This document shows, in pieces, positions 41,614 to 50,150 of a DNA stretch of 64,000 nucleotides (its first letter is position 1; each line of letters begins with the position of its first letter). Below the pieces are notes generated by a model. It saw nothing but the letters and a program-made list of their open reading frames with translations. It was not told the DNA's origin and searched no databases. Origin of the DNA: an uncultured bacterium (lineage in GTDB: Bacteria; Verrucomicrobiota; Kiritimatiellia; RFP12; UBA1067); contig CACWSW010000002.1 of NCBI GenBank assembly GCA_902763655.1, forward strand, positions 10,519-74,518, read 5' to 3'. A program made the translations under genes and the position numbers.

Positions 41614-43449
41614 TCAGATGTTCTTCAAGTCCAAGGACAGCAGGAACTCCGGGTTCGACCTGAACTTCTTCATTCCCGCCAGCACGCTCTGCATGGCGCG
41701 CTCAGGACCGGCGTCGGAAAGAACGCGACGGAGAGCCCATGTCTTCTCCAGCTCGAGCGGAGCGAGAAGCAGGTCCTCCTTGCGCGTTCCCGACTTGTCG
41801 ATGTCGATCGCCGGGAAGATGCGCTTGTCGGCCATGGCGCGGTCGAGCACCAGCTCCATGTTGCCCGTGCCCTTGAACTCCTCGAAGATCACCTCGTCCA
41901 TGCGCGAGCCGGTGTCGATGAGCGCCGTCGCGATGATCGTGAGCGAGCCGCCGTTCTCGATGTTGCGCGCCGCACCGAAGAAGCGCTTCGGACGATGGAG
42001 CGCGAGCGCGTCCACGCCGCCCGTCAGGATCTTGCCGGAATGCGGCTGGACGGTGTTGTAGGCGCGTGCCAGACGCGTGATCGAATCGAGGAGGATGATC
42101 ACGTCCTTGCCGTTCTCCGCCTGCCGGCGCGACATCTCGATCACCATCTCGGCCACGTTGACGTGGTGCTGAGGTTCCTCGTCGAATGTCGATGAGAGAA
42201 CCATCGCCTTCGTGTTGCGCTGCATGTCCGTGACTTCCTCAGGACGCTCGTCGACGAGCAGCACGATCAGCACGGCCTCAGGATGGTTGGCCGTGATGGC
42301 GTTCGCCATCTTCTGGAGGAGGACGGTCTTGCCGACGCGGGGCGGAGCCACGATGAGCCCGCGCTGTCCGAATCCTATGGGCGTGAAGAGATCTACGACG
42401 CGCATCGAGAACTCGGTGGGCTTCGTCTCCAGCACGATGCGCCGCGTCGGGAACGTGGGCGTGAGGTTCTCGAAGTGGACTATGCGGGCCGCCTCGCTGG
42501 GCGTCTTGCCGTTCACGGTGAGCACGTTGCCGAGCGCAAAGAAGCGGTCACGGTCGCGCGGATCGCGGATCGGCCCCTCGATCGTGTCGCCCGTGCGCAG
42601 CGCGTGGCGACGGATCTGCTGCTGCGGGATGAAGACGTCCTCAGGGCATGCGAGGAAGTTCGTCTTCGCGGAACGCAGGAAACCATAGCCCTCCTTCACC
42701 ACCTCCAGGCAACCGCTCGCCAGAACGGCGCCGCCATGATTGAGGTAACGGCGGATGGCGTGGAAGATGATCTCGTGCCGCTTCATAGCGCCAAGCTCTT
42801 CCGCGTTGGCGTCGGGCCACATCTTCTCGACGATCGTGGCATTGTCCCAGGAATGGATGTCGGCCAACTTGTACTCGGGAAGATCGGGATTGCGGGGAAC
42901 TGTCGGCTCCGGCGGCTGGTAGTTCTGCTGCGGTGGCGGCTCCGGCGGACGGCGGTTCCCCTGCACGCTCTGGCCGTTGCGCATCTTGTTGCGCCGCTCG
43001 AACCACTGGCGGCGCTTCAGCTGGCGGTTGGAGAGCGGCTGCTCGCTATGGGCAGGAGACGGCGGGATTTCAGGTGGGGTGGTTGGAGATGCAACGGGCG
43101 AGACGCCCGTTGTCCCAGTGTCGGGCAACTTGGTATCCTTCGGGGACGTGGCGCTCTTGTCTCTTTCGGTCGCAACAAGTTGCGCCCCTCCCGTATGGGG
43201 AGCCGCCGGCTCGGCAGCTGGGGCCGGCATGGGATCGCCATGGGGAGCCGCCGGCTCGGCGGCTGGCGCAGGTGCTCCTCCCGCATCAAGAGGTGCCTCC
43301 TTTGCGGCGGACTTGGCCGCGGCACGGGCGGCACGTTCGGCGTTGGTGGGACGTCCGCGCTTCTTCTTCGGCTTCGCCTCGGCCGGCGCGTCCGCAGGAG
43401 CGGACGCTGCAGGACCTGCTTCGGACGCGACGCTATCTTCTGTATTCAT
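41614..43449 (-). CDS. rho: Transcription termination factor Rho with ~190-aa low-complexity N-terminal extension
   Basis: Start ATG 43449 (MNTEDS, GAAAAGG RBS), in an ATGA overlap with the coaE stop. Core motifs: FENLTPTFP, VDLFTPIGFGQRGLIVAPPRVGKT, VLLVDERPEEVTDM, SGKILTGGVD. Confidence 0.95.
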   Translation of the reverse strand: MNTEDSVASEAGPAASAPADAPAEAKPKKKRGRPTNAERAARAAAKSAAKEAPLDAGGAPAPAAEPAAPHGDPMPAPAAEPAAPHTGGAQLVATERDKSATSPKDTKLPDTGTTGVSPVASPTTPPEIPPSPAHSEQPLSNRQLKRRQWFERRNKMRNGQSVQGNRRPPEPPPQQNYQPPEPTVPRNPDLPEYKLADIHSWDNATIVEKMWPDANAEELGAMKRHEIIFHAIRRYLNHGGAVLASGCLEVVKEGYGFLRSAKTNFLACPEDVFIPQQQIRRHALRTGDTIEGPIRDPRDRDRFFALGNVLTVNGKTPSEAARIVHFENLTPTFPTRRIVLETKPTEFSMRVVDLFTPIGFGQRGLIVAPPRVGKTVLLQKMANAITANHPEAVLIVLLVDERPEEVTDMQRNTKAMVLSSTFDEEPQHHVNVAEMVIEMSRRQAENGKDVIILLDSITRLARAYNTVQPHSGKILTGGVDALALHRPKRFFGAARNIENGGSLTIIATALIDTGSRMDEVIFEEFKGTGNMELVLDRAMADKRIFPAIDIDKSGTRKEDLLLAPLELEKTWALRRVLSDAGPERAMQSVLAGMKKFRSNPEFLLSLDLKNI

Positions 43450-44132
43450 TCTACCTTTTCCATTCTGCCGATAAGCCATGCAACGCAACGCTGCACTTCT
43501 GCCTTCAGCTCTTCTACAGTCGAATCGTTTTGGATTGTCCAGTCGGCGCGAGCGGCCTTTTCGGCCACGGGCATCTGCGCCGCAAGACGCGCCTCCGCCT
43601 GCGCCCGCGTGTAACCGCGTGTACGCATCATGCGGTCGATCTGCCGATCTTCCGCGGAGGAGACGCAGAGTATTGTATCATAATCTGACTCGAAATGCGA
43701 CTCGAAAAGGAGAGGAATTATCGCGAGCCTAAAGTTGGTAGTTGGTGGTTGGCGGTTGGCTGGGTATGGTTGTCGGCCCCCGAAAGTCGAATGCCGGTCA
43801 TCACATTGCAATTCGCCATTGGCGAAATCCCGCAGCCGCCGGCGCACCAGAGGATGGAGGATCGCCTCAAGGTCGCGTCTCACGGCGGTCGCAACAAGTT
43901 GCGACCCTCCCGCGAAGACAATCTCCGCCAACCTGGAACGGTCAATGCCGCCATCGGGAGCGAGAACCGACTGGCCGAAGCGAGAGACTATGGCAGGGAC
44001 GGCCGCGCCGCCTGGCGCTTCCAGCTCGTGAACGACATCGTCCGCGTCTAATGTCTGAACGCCAAGCTCACGAAAGAACTTGGCGACCAGACTCTTCCCG
44101 CAGGCGATGCCACCTGTCAGTGCTATGCGCAT
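43446..44132 (-). CDS. coaE: Dephospho-CoA kinase
   Basis: MRIALTGGIACGKS P-loop, DADDVVHEL, ILHPLV, IPLLFE. ATG at 44132; the track start 44135 is GTG. Confidence 0.9.
   Translation of the reverse strand: MRIALTGGIACGKSLVAKFFRELGVQTLDADDVVHELEAPGGAAVPAIVSRFGQSVLAPDGGIDRSRLAEIVFAGGSQLVATAVRRDLEAILHPLVRRRLRDFANGELQCDDRHSTFGGRQPYPANRQPPTTNFRLAIIPLLFESHFESDYDTILCVSSAEDRQIDRMMRTRGYTRAQAEARLAAQMPVAEKAARADWTIQNDSTVEELKAEVQRCVAWLIGRMEKVE
43731..43825. repeat. Low-complexity GGTTGG-unit tract plus TTCGCCATTGGCGAA hairpin embedded in coaE
   Basis: AAGTTGGTAGTTGGTGGTTGGCGGTTGGCTGGGTATGGTTG ... AATTCGCCATTGGCGAAAT. It encodes the segment FANGELQCDDRHSTFGGRQPYPANRQPPTTNF. This makes the HPL-to-PLL spacing about 22 aa longer than in E. 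coli CoaE as I recall it. Confidence 0.6.
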
Positions 44133-44135
44133 CAC

Positions 44136-44320
44136 TTTTAGCTTTTAGCTTCTAGCTTTTAGCTTTTGCGTCTGCTTCTGCTTATGGCTTCCAGCTTTTA
44201 ACTTTTGCATCTGCTTCTGGCTTTTAGTTTTTAGCTTCTAGCTTCTAGCTTTGAACGGTACAGAACGACCACTCGAAAAGCTAACAGCTAAAAGCTAGAA
44301 GCTAAAAGCTAAACAACAAA
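44136..44320. repeat. 185-bp intergenic inverted repeat made of AGCTTTT/AGCTTCT units
   Basis: The left arrays CTTTTAGCTTTTAGCTTCTAGCTTTTAGCTTTT and GCTTTTAGTTTTTAGCTTCTAGCTTCTAGCTTT face AAAAGCTAACAGCTAAAAGCTAGAAGCTAAAAGCTAAA. The block fills the whole spacer between the secretin stop and the coaE start. Confidence 0.85.
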
Positions 44321-47300
44321 TCACTTCTCTTCCGCTGCAGGCGGAGGCGTGGCCGGAGCTTCGGCGGCAGGAGCCTCGGCGGAGGTTGTCGAACTGCTGT
44401 TCTGGATCATGCGGCCATCCGGTCCCACCAAGCGCGCCGTCACGAACAGGAGCAGGTTGCGCTTGTTCGACCATTCGCTGCGGCTGCGGAAGAGGCGCCC
44501 GATGAACGGGATGTCGCCGAGGAACGGAATCTTGTCCTCCATCGACTTGCGCTCTTCCGTGATCAGTCCGCCCATCACAACCGTTGCGCCATTGTAGAGG
44601 GTGACGACGGTATCGATCGAACGCTCCTTGAAGAACGGCTGCTCCATCGGCACCGTGAACCACTGCATGTCCTCGTTGCCGCTCGCGAGAGCCATCGCCT
44701 GCGCGGTGGAGCTCATCACGGAGGACATAGGAACCTTCATGCCGTAGTCCTTCCACGTCGGCTCGGAGATGACCTTCGGGTTCAGCTTCAGGTTGATGAA
44801 GTTGCCCTCTGCGGAAAGCTCAGGCGTCACAGTGAGGATCACGCCCACTTCCTGGGTCTCGAAGTTCTGGGGCTCCACCATCGGGAGGATCTTGCCGTCG
44901 CTGCCCGAACCGCCAGTCGTGCTGATGCTAGACGAGGAACTCGACGATGTGGACTGGATGGTCACATCGTAGTCCTGCGGGTAGCGGTAGATGGTGACGA
45001 CCTTGATCGTCGCTTCCTGACCAGACTTGGTCACGACCTTCGGGGCGGAGAGCAGGTCCGTATCGCTGCGCTGCGAGAGCATGTGCAGGATCATCGAAAG
45101 GTCCGCGTTTCCGAGGAACGCGTTCACGCGCATGAACTGGTCGTTCTGCGACGCGCCCTTGCCGGAAATGTGGTTGTCCTCTGTCGAGAGGTAACGCATG
45201 CCTGTCTGGTATGTCGTACCATTGATGGCATTGATGCCAACATTCTTGCCGGTACGCGTTTGAACCCCCCCGACTTCGTCCTGCGTATAGGAATATAGCT
45301 GCGTAGGACTCAAAGGATTACCATCCGTGCCAAGGACCTTATCATATTGCGTAGTTTGCATAATGCCCATTCGCGCATTATCGTACTTCGCCCAAGTAGA
45401 ATTTTCACCGTTGTTGAAATTCCGGTCACTCGTCATGCCCTGATTCCATCTCTGCCATTTCCCGATAGACGATGCACCCCCATCCGTAACCGTCGTCTTC
45501 GGCTGAGGTACTCCATCTGCATCACTCCAAGTTGTCGTCTCAACCGTGGTATCTCCCCGATAATATGTGCCTTCCCGCAACTTCAGCACCTTGGCGAGCT
45601 TGCCGCCGACGTTGAAGGAATAGTCGGAATTGAGGAGCCACTCGAAGCCGAGGGAGTTCAGGTCTTCCTGGGCGACCTCGACGAAGCGCGTCTCGACCTC
45701 GATCATCTTCGGCGTCGCGTTCAGGTCGTTGAGGGCATCCTCGAGGATGGCGAGCTGCTCTTCGGTGTTCGTGACGCGGAGCTTGCCGAGCGCCTTGATG
45801 TACTTGATCTTCGCGCCGTTCGGCCATGCGACGCCGAGATCGGAGAAGAATGCTTTCCAGGAATCCTCGGGATTGTCTTCGTCTCCGCCGTTGTTGTTGC
45901 CGCCGAACTCTCCCGCGCCCTGGTTCTTTAGGTCGCTGGAGGCGTTGTTCATGCGGTCGACAAAGTCTTCGACCACGTTGTAGGAACGCGTCACCATCTC
46001 GTCTGTCGTCATGGTCTTCGGCATCACCATGACCACGTTGCCCTGAACCTTGAACTTGTAGGCAGGCTTGATGACCTTGCAGACGAGGTTGAGCGCTTCC
46101 CACAACGAGACGTTGGAGGCGTTGACGTTCGGGATCACAGGCACGTCGCCGGCGGCCGCGTCATCCTCCGCGGCTGCGCCAAACGCATTGGCGTTGCCGC
46201 CCTGCTGCTGCGCGGCTCCGCCGTCAGCACCACCTGCGGTCAACGTCTTGTCGAGCTGAAGCACGAAGTTGAAGCCGCGCTGGTCGACAGGAATCTCCGG
46301 CCGGTCAAAGTCCTTCGACGCCTGGGTGAAGAACTCGACGGCGTCGATGATCGTGGCGGGAGGACGGAAGGAAATCGACGGAAGGATCATCTCCTGCATG
46401 CGCTTCTCGATCGACTGCTCCACAGACACGCCACCCTGGCCGCCGGTGGGTGTCTTGACGGTGCCGCCGTCGATGGCCTTCAGCTCGCCGGAATTCACGG
46501 CATAGACCGGACGCCACGCGGCGCCGATGTCGGCAATCATGCCGCGCCTTGTCGCCTCGCGCTCGTTGTCAATCACCATCTCGCGGCGGCGCTGGATGCG
46601 CGCGCGGAGCGCAATCGCCTCCGTGTTGTAGGGGTCGTAGCGCAGGACAAGATCCACCTGCTCCACCGCCTTGTCGAGGTCAAGCACTGCAAGGTACTGT
46701 GAAGCCAGGCGGAGACGGCGGCGGATCGTGTCGCGGTCCTCCTTGTACTCCTTGTCGTTCCTGCGATGGGAGATGGCGGAGACATCGGTGACCGCCTCGG
46801 TCACTGTCTCAGTCTCCAGCGCATCGATCAGTGCGGCCGCGCGCGGATGGCGCAGCTTCTGCGCCTCCTTGGCGTAGGCCTTGGCAGCCTCGCGGTCGCC
46901 GTCCTTCAACGCCTGCTTGCCGGACTGGTACTGGGCCTCGGCCATGCCAGTCACGCACTCCTTGCGCAGATCTCCCGCGTTGGCGCGATCGGAGATATGG
47001 GCATAGGCGAGACGGTACATCTTGTAGGCATTCTCCCAGTCGCGCGCAGCCATTGCCTCGCGAGCCGCACCAAGTTCCTCGGCGGCCTGCTGCTCAAGTG
47101 CCTCGCGACGCAACTTTTCCGTTGCGATGATGTCCTTGAGAAGATCGTCTTCGGGAAGCGCTTCGGCAGCGGGAGCCTCGGCAGCAGGAGCGGGAGTCGC
47201 CGCGACTGCTGGCGCAGGAGCGGGTTCCGCCGCAGGCGCTGGCGCTGGCTCGGCAACAGGCTTCTCCTCCGCCGGCTTCTCGGCAGGAGCAGGAGCGGGA

Positions 47301-47887
47301 GCCTCCGCGACCGCTGGCGCTGGCTCGGCAGCAGGCTTCTCCTCCGCCGGCTTCTCGGCAGGAGCGGGAGCGGGAGCCTCCGCGACCGCTGGCGCTGGCT
47401 CGGCAGCAGGCTTCTCCTCCGCCGGCTTCTCGGCAGGAGTAGGAGCGGGAGCCTCCGCGACCGCTGGCGCTGGCTCGGCAGCAGGCTTCTCCTCCGCCGG
47501 CTTCTCGGCAGGAGCAGGAGCAGGAGCCTCCGCGACCGCTGGCGCAGGAGCGGGTTCCGCCGCAGGCGCTGGCGCTGGCTCGGCAGCAGGCTTCTCCTCC
47601 GCCGGCTTCTCGGCAGGAGCAGGAGCGGGAGCCTCCGCAGCTGGGGCAGGAGGCGCGGCAGGCACTTCCACCTCTGGCTTGGCGGGCTTCGCCTCGGCAG
47701 GTTTTTCCGCAGGCGCCTCTGGTGCCGCGGGGGTAGCCGGGGCTTGGGCGGCAGGCTTCTTGTCCGCACCCAGTTCCTGCAGGAGATTGTCAAGGTCGTC
47801 TTGGGCAAAGACAACCATGGCTAGCGACGCACACGCGGCGCCGAGCACGGCAAACTTAGCTTTGACACTCATCGATTTTGCACTCAT
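44321..47887 (-). CDS. Secretin (type IV pilus / T2SS outer-membrane channel; Amuc_1098-like position) with Ala/Pro/Glu/Lys repeat N-terminus
   Basis: Signal peptide MSAKSMSVKAKFAVLGAACASLAMVVFA. C-terminal secretin domain: LLSAPKVVTKSGQEATIKV ... VVTLYNGATVVMGGLITEERKSMEDKIPFLGDIPFIGRLFRSRSEWSNKRNLLLFVTARLV. Confidence 0.9.
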   Translation of the reverse strand: MSAKSMSVKAKFAVLGAACASLAMVVFAQDDLDNLLQELGADKKPAAQAPATPAAPEAPAEKPAEAKPAKPEVEVPAAPPAPAAEAPAPAPAEKPAEEKPAAEPAPAPAAEPAPAPAVAEAPAPAPAEKPAEEKPAAEPAPAVAEAPAPTPAEKPAEEKPAAEPAPAVAEAPAPAPAEKPAEEKPAAEPAPAVAEAPAPAPAEKPAEEKPVAEPAPAPAAEPAPAPAVAATPAPAAEAPAAEALPEDDLLKDIIATEKLRREALEQQAAEELGAAREAMAARDWENAYKMYRLAYAHISDRANAGDLRKECVTGMAEAQYQSGKQALKDGDREAAKAYAKEAQKLRHPRAAALIDALETETVTEAVTDVSAISHRRNDKEYKEDRDTIRRRLRLASQYLAVLDLDKAVEQVDLVLRYDPYNTEAIALRARIQRRREMVIDNEREATRRGMIADIGAAWRPVYAVNSGELKAIDGGTVKTPTGGQGGVSVEQSIEKRMQEMILPSISFRPPATIIDAVEFFTQASKDFDRPEIPVDQRGFNFVLQLDKTLTAGGADGGAAQQQGGNANAFGAAAEDDAAAGDVPVIPNVNASNVSLWEALNLVCKVIKPAYKFKVQGNVVMVMPKTMTTDEMVTRSYNVVEDFVDRMNNASSDLKNQGAGEFGGNNNGGDEDNPEDSWKAFFSDLGVAWPNGAKIKYIKALGKLRVTNTEEQLAILEDALNDLNATPKMIEVETRFVEVAQEDLNSLGFEWLLNSDYSFNVGGKLAKVLKLREGTYYRGDTTVETTTWSDADGVPQPKTTVTDGGASSIGKWQRWNQGMTSDRNFNNGENSTWAKYDNARMGIMQTTQYDKVLGTDGNPLSPTQLYSYTQDEVGGVQTRTGKNVGINAINGTTYQTGMRYLSTEDNHISGKGASQNDQFMRVNAFLGNADLSMILHMLSQRSDTDLLSAPKVVTKSGQEATIKVVTIYRYPQDYDVTIQSTSSSSSSSISTTGGSGSDGKILPMVEPQNFETQEVGVILTVTPELSAEGNFINLKLNPKVISEPTWKDYGMKVPMSSVMSSTAQAMALASGNEDMQWFTVPMEQPFFKERSIDTVVTLYNGATVVMGGLITEERKSMEDKIPFLGDIPFIGRLFRSRSEWSNKRNLLLFVTARLVGPDGRMIQNSSSTTSAEAPAAEAPATPPPAAEEK
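47137..47722. repeat. Coding tandem repeat, ~75-nt period (AEKPAEEKPAAEPAPAVAEAPAPAP units)
   Basis: At least five near-identical 25-aa units, plus longer variants, follow the secretin signal peptide. CTTCTCGGCAGGAGC recurs at 75-nt spacing. Confidence 0.85.
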
Positions 47888-47949
47888 TGAAGATGCTCCT
47901 CTGTCAGCGTCCGTACATGATACAGTATTCCGTTCGCAGAATCAAGTCT

Positions 47950-49062
47950 CTACCTGATTACTTTTTGTTTTTTTGTTTTGACGTTCTCAACCTTGACTTC
48001 GCACCCGTTCTCGACGGCGCGGAGGCTGACTACGCGGAATTTCTCCCCGTTAAGGTCAATTTCAGCGCCCGTTGATACGGTCTTCTTCCAGCTGTGCTTG
48101 CCTCGGTCGTACGAAAGCTCCACCTGCGTCTCGACGGGAACCTTGCGCACTCCGATCACGGTCACGATCTTCTTCCCGTCCGCCGCACGGGTCAGCTCAA
48201 GCTCGGACACGTCATGGTTCTTCTTGTTTCCGGCCTTGGATCCCGCGATGACCTGCAGCTTCGACTTCTTCTCGAACCCGGAGACGGTGTATCCCGTCTT
48301 GCCGATCACGTCACCCTTCTTCACCGACCAGGTGGAGTTGTAGCCAGAGAGATCCTGTCCGTTCTGGTCGAGCTGGCGGAGCGTGAAGCGATGGCCTCCG
48401 GGGATGGGCGTGTAGTTCTGGAACCAGAAAGGCAGGAACGTCTGCTGGAGCGCGCCCGCCACCGAGAGCGAGTCAATATAGTCCGGATGCGACTTGGGAT
48501 CGGTCGGGTCTGTACCGGCCTCGAACTCCTCCTTGTTGGTGAAGCCGTCGCCGTCCTTGTCCAGATCCGCGTCCGCAGCATCGTTCGGGTTCAGCCCGTA
48601 CTTCTTCTCCCACTCGTTCGGAAGGCCGTCCTGGTCGTTGTCGACCTGGACCTTGACGACATGCTGCTTCATCCCGCAGAACGGGCACACCTCGAGGTCG
48701 GCGGGAATCGGGCGACCGCACGCCTCCTTCTTGCTGTCGGACCCGTCACCCTTCTGGCAGAACGCGCGGCGCTCGCTAGCCAGGAAGCTCTTGGCCTTCG
48801 CGTCGACCGCCTGCAGTTGGGGCGGCGTCTTCAGCTGCGCGGAAACCTTCTGCAGGTCTCCCAGGTCAACCGCCTCGACGCCCTTGTGGGCCTTGCGAAG
48901 CTCAGCGTCCATCCATGCCCTGCACTCCGCCTCGGCGTCCTCCGGAGACTGGCCGATCGCGCTGAACATGTAGACCGCGGCCAAGCCCAACGCCACCACG
49001 CCTCCTAGCGCGACGAGCCAATCCCAATGGGCCTTGAAGAAATTCTCCTTAGAAGCTACCAT
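47950..49062 (-). CDS. Membrane-anchored pilus-system accessory protein with Cys cluster and bacterial TSP3 repeats (Amuc_1099-like position)
   Basis: GGAGG RBS. GTGATG start region overlaps the upstream stop. TM segment WDWLVALGGVVALGLAAVYMF. Cys cluster C-x13-C-x10-C-x2-C. TSP3 repeats: DNDQDGLPNEWEKKYGLNPNDAADADLDKDGDGFTNKEEFEAGTDPTDP. Confidence 0.6.
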   Translation of the reverse strand: MVASKENFFKAHWDWLVALGGVVALGLAAVYMFSAIGQSPEDAEAECRAWMDAELRKAHKGVEAVDLGDLQKVSAQLKTPPQLQAVDAKAKSFLASERRAFCQKGDGSDSKKEACGRPIPADLEVCPFCGMKQHVVKVQVDNDQDGLPNEWEKKYGLNPNDAADADLDKDGDGFTNKEEFEAGTDPTDPKSHPDYIDSLSVAGALQQTFLPFWFQNYTPIPGGHRFTLRQLDQNGQDLSGYNSTWSVKKGDVIGKTGYTVSGFEKKSKLQVIAGSKAGNKKNHDVSELELTRAADGKKIVTVIGVRKVPVETQVELSYDRGKHSWKKTVSTGAEIDLNGEKFRVVSLRAVENGCEVKVENVKTKKQKVIR

Positions 49063-50150
49063 CACTTGGCCTCCTTTTCTTCCTTAGGCGCCGCACCGTC
49101 GGATGGGGCGGCATTCTTGCCGCCATCCTCTCCGGCCTTTGCGCTGGCGAAACCGAAATCGTACACCGCCAGCGTGAACTCGACGTCGAACGGCGCGTCA
49201 AGCTCGGGATCGACCACGAGCCGACTGCGCTTCTGGGGCGATGCCTCGTCGCCGAGCGTCGGCCGCTCGGCAATGACGCCGCGGCGACGACGGCCACGGC
49301 TAGACGACGAGGATGTGGCCTTTGACTCCTCGGACTCTTTCGCGGACATGTTTATGAGAATCATGTCTGCCGCCTCGGGCCTGCGGAAGGAGAAGTTCTT
49401 CGCGACCATGAAGCGCACATCGGACGAAATCCTGTTGGCCATCTGCACGAGCGCCGCAGGACGCGCCGCGATCGTGAACTTGTACTCTAGGCACGTCCAT
49501 TCGAGCGGCTTCACCACTGAACCGCCCTTCCCCTTCGGCTTGGACGCCTTCTTGGCCTCGTCGTCCTTGTCTGCCTCCTCCTTCGGCTCTATGCGCTGGA
49601 CCGACTTGACCTCGAACACGCCCGACGTCGCGAAGATGTCCACCACGCGGACTATCGCCGACAACTGCTCCGACAGGCGCGGCACCGCGGCCGATGGCGG
49701 CAGGATGCCGTTCTCGCCAAGGTACTGTTCGAACCCGAAGAGAAAATCAGGCGCGGCTATGTGCCCGTTGACTCCGCCAGGCAGCAATCCCATCCGCCGG
49801 ACTTCCGCCTGCAGGCGCTGCTTGAACACGGAAGGCTCCTCCGCGGCTGGCGGAGGGCAGTCGCCCTTCGCGGCCAGCTCCAGCGCCGCATTGCGCCAGG
49901 CGACATACTGGTTCTTGTTCGACTCCACCGACTTGATGGAGCCGTCCGACGGGAAGACCGGCGCCTGGTTGTACTGGACAAACGCCGCCTTCGCCTCCTC
50001 TAGTCCGGGATCTCCGCTCTCTTCGTCACCGGTCTCGACCTTGCTGCGGGCCGATGCCGCGTCGAAGAGCATGTATCCCAGGAATCCCGCAACGGCAAGG
50101 AACGCGCATCCGCATCCCACACCGACCATCTGCTGCTTAGACAGGCTCAT
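49062..50150 (-). CDS. Amuc_1100-like pilus-associated membrane protein (PilO position)
   Basis: The real start is ATG 50150 (MSLSKQQMVGVGCGCAFLAVAGFLGYMLF), in an ATGA overlap with the pilM/N stop. Architecture and several blocks resemble my recollection of Akkermansia Amuc_1100: FKQRLQAEVRRM vs FQNELKTFRDSL, and LSEQLSAIVRVVDIFATSGVFEVKSVQR vs LGFELKAINSLVNKLAECGLSKFIKVYR. Family assignment rests on memory and synteny only. Confidence 0.5.
   Translation of the reverse strand: MSLSKQQMVGVGCGCAFLAVAGFLGYMLFDAASARSKVETGDEESGDPGLEEAKAAFVQYNQAPVFPSDGSIKSVESNKNQYVAWRNAALELAAKGDCPPPAAEEPSVFKQRLQAEVRRMGLLPGGVNGHIAAPDFLFGFEQYLGENGILPPSAAVPRLSEQLSAIVRVVDIFATSGVFEVKSVQRIEPKEEADKDDEAKKASKPKGKGGSVVKPLEWTCLEYKFTIAARPAALVQMANRISSDVRFMVAKNFSFRRPEAADMILINMSAKESEESKATSSSSSRGRRRRGVIAERPTLGDEASPQKRSRLVVDPELDAPFDVEFTLAVYDFGFASAKAGEDGGKNAAPSDGAAPKEEKEAK

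Noticed and set aside
47127-47957. 276-aa Gly/Ala/Ser-rich ORF on the plus strand.
   Set aside because: It is the antisense reading of the secretin APEK tandem repeat and has no independent support.
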